This document shows, one piece after another, positions 38,912 to 52,320 of a stretch of 64,000 nt of DNA. Made by a program: the position numbers and the translations under genes. The stretch is from assembly GCF_964355755.1 (NCBI RefSeq), contig NC_092676.1, positions 2,951,788 to 3,015,787 of the forward strand, written 5' to 3'. The notes below the pieces were generated by a model. That model saw only the letters and a list, made by a program, of their open reading frames with translations, made no database searches and was not told the origin of the DNA. Position 1 is the stretch's first letter; every line of letters begins with the position of its first letter. The DNA is from Antedon mediterranea (lineage: Eukaryota; Animalia; Echinodermata).

Positions 38912-40905
38912 TATATAACTAGAAGTTACTGAATTAGATACGTTTCAAGATTGGTGGATGGTATGGGGAGGGGAAAAACTGACAATTTGTCGTTAAAACG
39001 ATTACACTTGTATCGTATCCAGACAATTACCACCCGTACAATTACCTTATAGGACGACTACCGTACCCCGTGGGACAATGTTCCCTACATGTAGGACAAT
39101 TTCCCCTAGGACAACTACTGTACCCCCTAGGACAACTACTGTACCCTCTAGGAAGTAGAATTATTAATACAGTGTATATACTAGATATACTCCTGACATA
39201 CATACCTGACAACGCTCTATAATATGTAGTTTAACACTGTACTGTACTGTTCTTAGTCTTGCATCATTAAGTTTATGGCAAATCCAAAATTCACTTGGCA
39301 AAATCTCATGCTCTATTTGTGGCATCTTCAGTAAATATACTAAAATAGCAAGTGCTATTAGCTCGGAAATATTTATCAATTTGTCTGTGACCAAAGTTTC
39401 TGGCATCAAGAGACATCCAGTCACTAAAGGTATAGTACAATGCCGATCTACTATTCCGCAAAATATGAATTCAACTTCAAAATGTAACTCAAAAGTTTTT
39501 GTGATTTATCAATTTTTGAATATAGTGCTTAATGCTACGCACTTTATTATTATATTACATGAGGTATGTAACATTCTTTTCCCATTATGATGCAGTCTTA
39601 GTAATCGGTTGCAGTACCAATTGATATAGTTAGGTGGAGAGAGGCAAACGCTAAGTGTCTTGCTTAAGCACACAAGCAATGCAACCGAGATGGTCTCGAA
39701 CTCGAACCAACTGCCTACTGTAATACACTGTTACCACATGCGCAAACAGTTAATTACACTCCTCTGTAATACCGATAGATTTATTAGTGTTATGTAAATC
39801 CATATCCAAAAATAAAAGTATTTAAAACTGGTTATTTGAAGTCAATATTATTCAATAATCAAATTATTATTTGTCTTATTGCATTTTCAAAGCTTAAAGA
39901 TGGCGTAATTTAAATTTCGGATAAATTTAATGATTAATGAAACCAAACCTAACTCTACAGCATGAAGTTGACCCACACACTGTCCATTTAGCCATCAGAC
40001 CGGCTTACTATTCACTGATATTATAACACATTAGTCTTTTATCAAAAGCCATAGAGGCCGCTATAAAGGCGTAGATATTGTCTGAATTGTATCTACGACT
40101 AGACGTAGATGCAGCCACTTTTAATTTATTTTAATGTTCTTGCAATAAATGCAAGTCCATGCTCCTAACCGCTAGACAATTATGAAATTATAATTTGTTT
40201 CATTTTCAAAAGCTTGAATTTCAGTGTTACATCAATTGGTTTTTGTCATGAATATAAAGTTTAAAGACAAAACTGAAGCAAGAAAATTGTTCAGAGGCTG
40301 GAAAAAGTAGACTATCATAAGCAATACGCAATTTATTTACAAAACAACGAGTCGTCAAAACAGATGCAACACAAAACTTAAAATGAATTATCCAATTAAA
40401 AAACTATTGTTATAAATTTTTGCGACTTTATACAGTCGACAGTTTATATAGGCCGACTTGAAATTGAAAGAGTAGTTTACCGCGATTACAAAGCGTACTG
40501 TAGGGAAATTGTCGCAAAATGCAGATATTCATACTGGAAGCAAAACATTAAAGCGGCCAAGTCTAATTCTTTGTACATTAATCTTTAACTGTAATACAAA
40601 ATAAACTAAGTTAAAATAAAACTACATTCATGTTGAGAGTTCTAAATCTGCTGCACCATGCATGGTTTAAGGGTTTTAAAACTGCAACACAACGATCCTA
40701 TTTAAAATTACTAATTACAAGTTATCATACGCGATACAGGGCGATATGCAATTTAGATACTGCTGTGTCTTCTCACATAATTAAATGCCACATAGAATGG
40801 AACTATTAAAATGTACATAATTTGTTCAATATTCCTAGAACTTTTATCTTCTGAATATGTCTTCTTACACAAGATCTCCAGACGCAATCCAGCTTCTAGT
40901 ACATT

Positions 40906-43900
40906 TTAGAAACGACGAGCACGTTTGAAAGGAACATCTTGCTCACGTTCTCCTCCTCCACGACGTCCACCACGCATTTCATGGGGACTACCACCCATTG
41001 GACCGCCCATTGGTCCGCCTGGCCCACCACGCCCAAATCCTTGCTGTGGAGGTTGGTCGAATCGGCTAGCACGCTGTGTTTAGTTCATAGGTCATAGTTC
41101 AAAAGTTTTTAAAAAATCATTCAGTTTTTGGCGTTTACATATAATAATATTCAAAACCAGATGAATTTTCGGCATCATTTGAAGAGAGACGATGATCAAC
41201 AGCAACAATTTCAATGCATGGAGGGAAAGAGAAATTGAACAACATTAGGAATTACAGTACATTATCAATAAAGTTAGTAGTAGACCAGAACAAACTGATT
41301 TTCCTATAGACAAAACAAGCTATTAAAATAAAAAGTGGTTAGAACATGAATTATAATTGTAAAAACTCTATGCGAAAGAACAGCCAGAACTGAATCCCTC
41401 TGGGTAATATGATTATGCTGTGTATTATTTTACAATATATTATAAAACTATGCGTTATGTTTCTAAGGCACAAATTACTATTTCTAGTTACAGAATAATT
41501 GCTATTTAAATGTATACGTTTTATCTACAATTGCCACTACACATTTATATTCAAAACAGAGGATTGCATGTTCAGTAAGAATTTGAAAGCACAATGAAAC
41601 GAAGGAAAAGTTGCCAATACATTTACTAACAGACAAGTTTCCATTGAAATGGCACCATATTTAAAAAAAAAGTCTATGCATTCATAAATTGCATTTTTAT
41701 GTTAAAATCTTATGATCATGTATTCTATTGTGAACTATGTATTATATGTTCTTCGTATTTCAAAGTGATTAGTGACCACTTGGTGTAAAGTAAATAACTT
41801 TGTCCCTAATATCAAATATTGCCCAGATTTTAGCAGCTCATTACAAAGTATTGTGTTAAACAAATTTGTGTCTAATGAGACCATTAACATGAAAAACAAT
41901 TGCTTATTCAACAGCCAAAACTGATAGTTGTTCCAACCTATTACATCCAAAATGCTGTTCAAAGATCAGAATCTACCAACTTGATAAATAGATATAGATA
42001 TTATATTGCACTGTTGAAGGGCTAGTGTTGGCCAAAAGCTCTGCTAACCTTCCTGGCTGTTTTACTTTTATCGTTTTGATTTAGCTTCTCGCTTTTTTTT
42101 GTACATATCTCCATTGTGATAATAATGATAATAATAATGATAAGGCACAAGTGAAAACCATGAAACAAATTAACCTTAAACCTAAATACTACTGATCCAC
42201 TTTGTAGGCACTGATACCCACAGCATTGTCATTTTTTCAGTAAATTGCCTTTGGATTAATTTTATTATATCAGATATAAAATTACTTATTTTCATGGGCT
42301 GGATTCATTTATGCAAGAATATGCAAATGAATAATGACATCACAAAATGTTAAAACTTCTTAAGTATTAAAGCTACTACTACTTGTTAATTATCTCCGTA
42401 TTATGAATTAAAAATCTTTTATCATAAACCAATCCAAAAAACAACTTTATAGTATTACTGTACAAATATTCAAAACATGGAGAGAAAAAATCATTCCGAG
42501 AATAGCAATTTATGGTAAAACCAATGAGTTATGGCATCATTCATTCTGAATATGCAACTTTTGACACTGGTAACCAACATATAGCTAACATAGAATGACA
42601 TGGTTATTTCCAACGAGAAACTTTACTAACAATACGATTCTATAGACTCCGCGTTGTTAAATACCTGTCTTATGATATCGGTAGTTGTGTCTTAAACATG
42701 GCCCTACTGAACTTCAAACAAGAGAGCTTACTCAACAGAACATCGGTGCGAACTGGTGGTAGATAAGCATCTGCTTGTCGTACACTTTGTCGTATTACTG
42801 GTTTAAAGTCTTACTTTTTATAAGTTTTTTTAAGTGAATGCTATATAATATTTAAAAATTATTGGTGTGAATTGGTGGTAGATAAATATACTCGTCGTAC
42901 ACTTTATTGGCTTAAAGTCTCACGATTTAGTTTTTGTTTTAAGGGAATGCTATATTTTAAATTACATTTCTATTTCAATAGGTCATCAGGTGTGGACAGA
43001 ACCACAATAAAAACAAACAGATGTAAACTGAAAAGCCACTATGCGTGATACTCATATCTTAACTACAGAATACAATGATGTGTATGGCAACAACCGTTTC
43101 AAAAGTGCTTCAAATTTGAACTGCAATCACTCTTTGGGTACTGTACGTAATTGTTCTCATCATAACTCAGTGAGTAATCTAAAAATTTGTACAAGTCAGT
43201 ACTATGGCTAAATGTGATTACGAATATTAAAATAACCCCCCCACAAGAAACAGTCTGGCATGTTCTTTATTTTCGCAAGAGATATTAATAAGATAAAAAC
43301 ACCTAATCAGCAATGTTTATGCTATGAACCACAATTTTAACCTATAACAGCTTGACAATAAATTGGTTGCTTAGCACTACAGGTGGTATCCTCCTATCCT
43401 GCAAGACAACCACCCTTAATGGACTCCAACATATTTAGAGTGGCCCGAACAAAATGTTGCAAGTTAGAAAATTAGTTATGTAGAGTAGTACAGTCAGTAC
43501 AACTATATTTGATTTTGAGTTATTCATAAAGCTGATTATCTCTCTTGATGCACCGTCAACATGCTAAGGTGTAACACTGAATACTGTATATAAATAAAAC
43601 AGTGCGCCTTTATAATTTCGCAAGGTTTAGCTTGCACATTTTGAGTTAAGATTTTAGAATAGTAGCACTTTAAATGACGTTTCTAATTCAGTTCATTCTT
43701 GTGTACAATAGTTATAACTTTAGGCCCACTATGCCATATGCGACTATACTTCCAGAAGTCAGTTGTAACACAACAACCAAAACATCTCAACCATACTTTA
43801 TTTCCTTTTGGTGTACCGCAAAATTAACTTTAACAATACACCAGGAGATTCAAAATACTCATTTGAACCTATTATAAATATAACATTTTATCTCTCTCTT

Positions 43901-46900
43901 CTTTCTTAACACCCCCAAATACAGTTTTTTTATAAAGCTAGAATGTTATTAAACATCTTTCACCAACAATTTATAGAAATCACTAAAAAAATAATTTCTA
44001 AATGTTGTCGATTTCATTAAGGCTGTAAAATAAAAGTACCAGCATATGTCCGTTCACAAAGGACATTGTGTAGATCACAGTGACATAAAGGATTTGAAGA
44101 TTCAATGACTAAGCCAGCATAAGAAACAAAGGACAACAGCAATTCATTCTCTTTATAGTACATGCTTTGTTCACTATGCTAAACACACACACCCAGTTCA
44201 TCATCACCATGTCTCACAATACAATTATGTTATGTACATACCGACTGCATTCCACCTGGACCACCCTGCATTCCTGGGCCACCGCCACCCATTCCACGCC
44301 CATTGGGTCCGGCACCAGGTCCGGGACGGCCATTAGGACCGGCTCCAGACATTGCGTTGTTTCCCTGGTTCATTTGCGCCATGGCTTCACCCTTGAAATA
44401 GTATTATTTACCCTTTATCAACAATCTAGCTGAATTTTTTAAATGATATGCATGCACATTTCAAACTTTGCAAATACCACTTCATAAAAAATAACAATTA
44501 ACACAAACAACATGCATTGGTCCAAAAAAAATAATGTACCAGTTTTACATCATCTATCATTAGAGCAAGGGTCACGCTTGTGGATTCTGTTACAAAGTAA
44601 TTAAACCCAGTTGTGGTCAGTCATGAACCAGAATTCCTTTTCCTTAAATGCACACAAGCCAGATGTCCTTTTGAAAAAATTGAACTACAGCCGAGGTATT
44701 TAACTGGTGCCAATATATATGGCTTTAATCTGCAGTTTCCCATTCCTTAACCGAGCCACTAAAATCCCGCAAGAAAATGTTATACACACCATACAAAATA
44801 AACCAAATTATAAAAAGTATCTTTCCCCACGCACACCACCTCCCCAACCCTCTTTCTCCACACACACCACCTCCCCAACACCACAAAAAAAAAAGTTAAC
44901 AAAAAAATCAAGCCTACCATCATCTGCGATTCATTCCTTTGCATCATGCCGTCAGCGGTAACATTCTGGGAACGACGTCTCAAATCTTCTTGTCTTCGCC
45001 GGCTAACCTCTTCCTGGTGCGCTCTCATGGATTCCAATTCCTGGCTGCGCATCTCTGATCGTTGACGGAATTCTTCCTGGCGTCTATGGTAAACATAATT
45101 TGAATATTTTTAGATATGCACAATTATCAATTATCAGAAGTAGGAATATTTAGGTAATGAAATAGTTTTTTTCTAAAATGAACACCTTTTATTATTATAC
45201 AGCAAACAATGTTGCTACAACATTCTTATCAAAACCAACCCCAAAATCTGTTAATTATTACTAACCTCTGCTCAATTTCTTTGAAGTTTTCTTCCATTCT
45301 TCGCAATTCCTCCTGTCTACGTTGTAAATCTAAAATTGTTGGCAATAAAGTAAGAAATAAAATGACTGGTTGAAAAATCAAATGGCAAAAAGACTTTATA
45401 CTGTATAATAATTTTAAATTATCATTTTGATACTTATTTAGTATAAAATTACAAGAAAGGCTCGCGTCCTCCTCTCAACAAAGAAGAAAGTTAAACTCAG
45501 GATTAAACTTAATCAAATTAAATGTAATAAAGCCCCTGGTCCAGATGACCTTCCCCTGGGTGTTTAAAGAGGGTGCTGAGATTCTTAGTGGTCCTTTATG
45601 TGCTATTGCTAACTCAAGTGTTAGAAACTGATGGGTTCCCCAAGAATGGAAACGAGCCAATATTGTCCCAATCCCAAAAGTGTTTCCCCCAAAGTTGGTC
45701 GAAAGTGATCTCCGCCCAATAGCTTTAACTCCTATAATGGCAAAGGTAATTGAGAGCCTAGTGGGCGAAATGATCTGGCACCAAGTTAAGGATAAGATTA
45801 ACCTAAACCAATTTGGTTGTTGTAAAGGTGTTTCTACGGTTGACGCCTTAATTAAATTCCTTAATGTTTGTTTCCTTGCCACTGATGCGGGCGAAGAGGT
45901 TAGAGTTTTATTATTGGATTTTAAAAAGGCCTACGATTTGATCGACCACAACATTCTCTTAAACAAACTCATTGCGCTGGGGGTTAATAGTCACCTGATC
46001 CGATGGGTTAAAGCCTTCCTGTATAACCGACAACAACGTGTTAAAATTGGTGATAGTCTTTCTGAATGGCTATCGCCAAACGGAGGCATACCCCAGGGGT
46101 CGTGGATTGGCCCTATTATGTTTATTATTTTTATCAATGACCTTTTAAATGGTAAACCATGTGTTAAATTTATGGATGATACTACTGTATTCGAAAGGGT
46201 GTCTAAACTGTCCAATAGTAACTTGCAAAATATAGCTAACTCGGCCCTTGCATGGACTCGGCTTAACCATATGACCCTCAATGCTAAAAAAACATGTGAA
46301 TTAATTGTGAGTTGTAAGAAAAACAAGTCGATATTTAATCCTCTAATTATTAATAAATGTAGTGTTAACCAGGTTTGCCGTACTAAGCTCCTTGGAATTA
46401 TTATATGTGACAATTTATCATGGCAACCCCATATTGATTCTTTGATAGCTAAATCAAACTCACGGTTATATTTCCTTAAACAATTGCGCCGGTCAGGTCT
46501 AGACGCCCAAGCCTTATGCTATTTCTATTGTTGTGTTATCAGACCTGTACTAGAATACGCCGTCCCCGTTTGGGGAACGTGCTTAACTAAATTGCAGTCT
46601 GACCAACTGGAAAGTATCCAACGAAGGGCGCTTAGAATCACGTTCCCAGAGCTCAGTTACAACAAAGCAATGGCTCAATGTAATGTGCCTGTGCTATGTG
46701 AACGTCGAACTAGACTGTGCAAGGATTACTATCAGAAACTTAAAAACCCTTCCCATAGACTACATCACCTTCTTCCAAAGCGCCTAAATCTAGATACAAT
46801 TTAAGACAAGTTAAAGAATTTTGCATTCCAAAAATAAAAACGGAACGATCAAAAAATTTTATTGTAAACTTTGGTCTCTTTCACAAGTGGTAAGCATACA

Positions 46901-49059
46901 TATATATCCCTGCACAGTCGCTTCGTTCCCTGACTTGACTTCAGTTTGTCTGTTGTTCGATGTTTTTGTGTTATTTGATTTATATCGTTGATGGATTTGA
47001 TATATTTTTTCATTTAAGTATAAGTATATATTTTTGTATAATTCAACCCAAAAGTTGCAATAAAAGTATTTTTTATCAGTGTTAAACTCGAAAACAAAGA
47101 CTTTACCTTGTCTCATCATAATTGTTTGATGTTCGTATCGGGCACCATCCATTTCAGATTCAAGTTTTTCTCTTCTTTCTTCAAACTGCTTCTCAAGCTG
47201 TTCTCTTTGAGACTTCTCCAGTTCAAAGATCTCTTTCCATCTCAAACCCCATTCAAACTCAAACGAGGTTGGCGGTGCAAATCTGGGAATGGCTTCTCGT
47301 TCCCTTAATTCGAATGTAGATTTTGTTAATTATAGAATATTTCAGGCAGGGGAAAAGTAACAAAAGGCTTCCGACTTTCTTGGAGTTTTATCAGATAAAT
47401 AGTGGCTTTCAGTTGATTTTTTTAGATTCGAAAACTTTAAATGTAATACTATAATTATAAATCGTAAAGAAAATAACTTTTTCTATAATATCTTTTAAAA
47501 TTAAATCATGCAATAGACAATGTTTGCTTCTGTCCAAAATTGTATTATCTAGTGGGGAGTTCAAACTTTTTGTACTTTTAAAATATTTAAAAGTTAACAA
47601 TTACCTCTGATAATGTTGGTTCTTTGTGAGGTTTTTTTCAGGCAATCCATCTTCTTCATCAGTTTGCTCCAGTACTTCAGCAGATACAGGTCTCAGAGAA
47701 CTATAAATAATAAAAGGATAAGTTATTTATATTATTATATAAGATTTTTGTTCATTTTAACTAGGACACTCAGGATCAACTGGTGTGTCTGTAGTCCTTT
47801 AGTCTGAACCTTTTACAGCGTAATTTGTCTTTTCTGATTTTGTTCATGTACATTATTTTCTTTTCATTGCTATATGAATGCACCAGGAGCACTGTGTTTT
47901 TTAGTTTATTGTTGTTAGCGACTAGGGTGTATCTCATACTTTGGGTGGTGGCAGCATAAACCTTACCTGGTTAATAAAAATACACCATCTTTAATTTTCT
48001 GAAGAGCATTCTGGGCTCCTGATTTACGAGCAAACTCAACAATACCTTCACCAGTGGCTTTTCCTCTGTCATCTACAATAACAACCGCTCTCTCAACAAT
48101 GCCAAACTGTGAAAATGCATGTTCCAGAAGCTCATTGGATACAAGGTTAGGTAAATGCTTCACTTTCAAGGCAGCACCATGAGTGGCGAACCTAACACGA
48201 ACTTGTCTTCCTTTGCGAGTTGTACCATCGATCGAAGCCTTGGCAGCTTCCGCATTTTGTCGCGTGTCCTAGAAAAAAAAACCAAACAAATTTCATCCTG
48301 ATATTTTATAAATAAATGTAAAAAAAAAAACTAAGATGCACGGTTTTTAAATGAATAAAAAAAAAGTGATTTCTTATTGCAATCGCCAAAAAACGCAATC
48401 AATTAGCCTAGGCCTAGCTAGCTCGTTATCAATTCATTTGAATATTTTAACTGGATACTTACAAGTCGAATAAAACCAAATCCTCTCTGTTTGTTTAAGA
48501 AAACCTCCGATATTTCACCATACTTTTCGAACATCTTTTTGAAATCATCCTCTTCAATATCATTTGTTAAATTTCCAACAAATAATCTGCATCTTTGAGT
48601 GAATTTTCTTTCTTTCTTTACACTTTCTTCCAAGTTTAGGGGCATTAGGGGCTGGGCTTGCATATCTTGATTTCCAAATCTGTGCCCACCATGTTGTTGG
48701 TGGTGGTTGCCCTGTCTTTGATGTCCACCACCGCCCGGTCTTTGGCCACCAAGTCCACCACCGCCCGGTCTTTGGCCACCAAGTCCACCACCACCCGGTC
48801 TTTGGCCACCAAAGCCTCCCCCGCCACCTCCTCGATGCTGTCTACCAACACGATCTCCTCCGCTGCTGTTGTTAGCATTTCCTTGCCTTCCACTACCATC
48901 GCCGCCACCATATCCACCGCCTCCAGCCCCTTTCCCTCCTTTGTTGAAATTTCCATCTTTACTGTTCGTAATATTTCCACTCTTACCTTTATTATTAGGT
49001 GTTGTACGTTGCTGATTAGGCTTATTTGGACTTTCTGTTTCCTGTTTTACGTTAGCCAT
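40906..49059 (-). CDS. DBHS-family RNA-binding protein (NONO/SFPQ/PSPC1, nonA/hrp65-like), 8 coding exons
   Basis: Exons 48463-49059, 47967-48268, 47605-47700, 47107-47303, 45266-45329, 44918-45083, 44242-44391, 40906-41073 join in frame. RRM1 ([17 protein letters not shown]), RRM2 ([25 protein letters not shown]), NOPS ([22 protein letters not shown]), coiled coil, G-rich tail, C-terminal NLS-like PFKRARRF. Confidence 0.96.
42003..42260 (+). mobile_element. Second Penelope-like repeat copy with degenerate hammerhead, interrupted by an insertion
   Basis: gca-ctgttga-agggc-tagtgttg-gcc-aaaa-gctc-tgc at 42008-42044; shares ttttatcgttttgatttagctt..tctccattg..ttgcctttggatta with 32927-33075. Confidence 0.6.
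45465..47075 (+). mobile_element. 5'-truncated, decayed non-LTR retrotransposon (CR1/L2 group) in a DBHS intron, antisense to host
   Basis: RT ORF 45680-46804 ([46 protein letters not shown]); upstream KAPGPD motif cut by an in-frame stop near 45628; frameshift before RYNLR; AATAAA-containing 3' tail near 47058. Confidence 0.93.
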
Positions 49060-49640
49060 CTTCTTATACAGGAATAACCACCACAAATACTATAAAATAA
49101 AGTTATATTCTGTCAGCAAAAAAGAACTTTAAAAATGGCGTAAGCTTCGACAGCACAGCAGCAGCGTGTAATGCGGTATATAGAGTAGACGCGTTTACCC
49201 ATGCACGAGGAGAGCGTCGGTAAAGCTAATTTGCATAAATTAATTGTCGGGTTTTTATTTAAAGATATAAAATGTACATTAAATACAGAAATAAAATAAG
49301 CAAAACACACAAATAAATATATTATTGATGGTGTAAATATTTTCTAATATTTTAGATATATAAAACAGTTTTATTTTTATAAATAAATAATCCAAATAAA
49401 TACCCTCGTACTCATTATTTTTCGGAATATACAATGAATATAGGAATCATGAATAAACATTTTTTATTGCTGCACGCATGAAAATTTGCATTTGGGGAGC
49501 AAGATCATCGATTGTATCGGCGGCAAGACTTTGTTGTGTTGGCGTATCAGATTTGAACCTATTTTTAAAAACTCGATGAATTTAGAATTGATTTGAACTT
49601 GATTACAAACAACATAACATCAGGGCTTCAGCATGTAAGT
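49060..49640. promoter_or_regulatory. Bidirectional promoter region DBHS / ZMYM with candidate ZMYM first exon
   Basis: Divergent genes; YY1-like aaaatggcg near 49132; ATTTGCAT at 49229 and 49484; plus-strand donor AT|GTAAGT at 49635. Confidence 0.55.
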
Positions 49641-50966
49641 TCAATTCCATTTCAGTTATATTAATTGCTCGCACCATGTGTTGACTGTGATCTTGTTAGG
49701 ATTTGTGATTGGCCGTGCTGTATTGAATTGGTACAGTGGATAAGCGCACACACTCAACACTACATACATGAGGTGTAAATATAATGCGCCCACACAATAC
49801 GTACTACTGCTGGCATTGACGTGTACTGACACTTCTTATTTTATGATATGCTGGACATGCAGTCAATGATAATATAAATATTTATACAATTTCAACGTAT
49901 GTAGATTCTATAAATTAGAACAAAGTAAAACATAGAAGGCAGTTTCGAACCATGAAACTGTGTTTCATGCAGTACTGATCAGCCATTTTATCCTCATGAA
50001 TATTCATGATGATAAGTGTCGAGCAGCAGAAAGTTACTTATAATGTCGGAACTTATTTGAAGTAAATATATATTTTTACTTCAAAATAACAAATTGCCTT
50101 GATATATGGTAACAACTGGCAGTGTTAGTTAGTTCATACAGTATTCATAATAAAAACAATTAGATTTCAAAGAATTAGAAGAAATATGAATATGCATGAG
50201 GATTGTCTAATTTACATATTCATTGTAAGCTTTCTTTGGTCTTGTTCAAAATGGCTGCCGTTGATTGGCTTTGTAATCAATTTTATTTTAATTTTATTTT
50301 ATTCATACTCATTCAACAGCGGGAAACCCGCCCCTTACAGAATGGAATAAACTATACCATATAAATATATATAAATCTTAAAACCTAACAATACAAAATA
50401 GTACAATTTTACAGAACTATCATTCTAATTTATTTGTAAAACATCAATACTTTGATAATTAATTTTGATTGGTCAATCATCATTTGGTATGTACTAAATA
50501 CAACAGTATGCATCTAGCCTATTTTAATTTGATTTTAATAAATATTAATAATATATATAATAATAATATTATGTTTTAGTTAGACTATGATGACAGTTTA
50601 TATTATACAATATGCATAATCTGTTAGATAGTTTGAATCCTAATTAATAATTATTTAATTATATTAACCAAATTGTTTGTTATTTAATACAAGTCCCTCC
50701 CACTTCCCCTCTCACTGCATTTTAAAAGTATATAAACATGATAGAAAACTCCCAATAACAAAAGTTGCCTGATGACTGATAAATATTTTATTGTTATTGT
50801 TTTATGTTATTTTGAGTTAAAATTTGGTGAGGAATAGATTAAATTGGTTGTACAGTAAGTAACATGGCAACCTAATTGGCCTTAACCCATTTTTTCACTT
50901 TAGATTAAAAAAGTCATATTCTCTGAAAGTACTGTATATTGACAGAAAAGAAAGACAAATATTTAA

Positions 50967-52029
50967 CGCTGTGGCTAAAGATACGGTACCGTATCCTAAC
51001 TTCCGTTTGCTAAAGGTACGGTAAAATTGCATTACGTCATAATCAGCCGATGGGGTGCTGGTACGTGTGTGACGTCATCGTATAAGGACTTGGGATTTTT
51101 TTTCATATCGCAAAATAAAAACAGTGATCAACCGGCGGCTTAACATTTTCTTTATGCTTCATTTATCGCTATAATAAAATATCCCCGTCGTGTGACAAAA
51201 ACTAAATGTAGCCTAGGCCTACTACGACGGTTATTATTGATAGGCCAAAACATGTTGATTTTAATTCTAGAATACAGAAATTTACCGTTTCAAAAGAGGC
51301 GCATAACCTATAGCCTCGGTATATGAGTATGTTTGCCAGGCTGGGACCAGCTGCATGTGTGCGCTGATTTCTGTGACTAAGACCTGGGGTTAGGCCTATT
51401 GTCTAAATCATAGTATTTGAGGGCCCTTTATTGTCCGCATTTGCTTTTGTTTATGGTCACCATCTGTGAACAAAGTTTATTAAAAAATATAGGCCATTTG
51501 GAATAAAAATAAAACCCTTATACTTATAGTAACTATGGACGAATGAACTAGACGAACCAAAGAATATATATTCTTTGACGCAACACAATTTCCAACATTG
51601 AATTATAATTCATTCCTTTACTTCTAATTTGGCTATTAACATATTTCTACTGTAGAGTGTAGTGTTAAATGTTGTATAATGAAATAATATTTGAGATTGA
51701 GTGCATGTTTTAAACGCTTTATGTAACGTCCACCAACCCATGATCTTGCTCAGTCTATATTACTACAGCATCGACGATTCTGGATTCAACATTGCAAAGT
51801 CTAGCCCCGAGGCTGAGTAACAGAATCATCAGCGCACACATCAATAAAGCCTGGCGCCGTCGATAGGCATTCTCTACAGCAGACACGATGTGAAAAAAAA
51901 ATCCAAAGTCCTTATACGATGACGTCACACACGTACCAGCACCCCATTGGCTGATTATGACGTAATGCAATTTTACCGTACCTTTAGTAGACGGAAGTTG
52001 GATATGGTACCGTATCTTTAGCCACGGTG
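50967..52029. mobile_element. Mutator-like non-autonomous DNA transposon
   Basis: ~143-bp TIRs (50967-51110 and ~51886-52029) and exact 9-bp TSD aatatttaa (50958-50966, 52030-52038); no transposase ORF inside. Confidence 0.85.
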
Positions 52030-52320
52030 AATATTTAATTTGTCACTTAAATATACAGTAAAGTATTAATTTCAATTTCACATGAATTTATTTGCAGGAA
52101 AAATTTAACACAAAGACGGCTGATAGAACCATGTACTGTAAACTATCTTTAATTCCCTATTACTCGACTTCCACTTGAGCACAGCACAAATATAACCCTC
52201 TGGGACTACACACAGTCATTTGGTAATCATTTATTTATCAACTTCTGTGCTAGTCGTCGGCTACCTAACCAATTGTTTTAATTCAATTTAATTAAAATTT
52301 TTTTTTTTTAAAGTTCAAAG

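Noticed and set aside
41108-41182. Intronic C/D-box snoRNA on the minus strand (aTGATGc ... CTGA)
   Set aside because: Box C is non-canonical, the terminal stem is weak and I recognise no rRNA antisense element.
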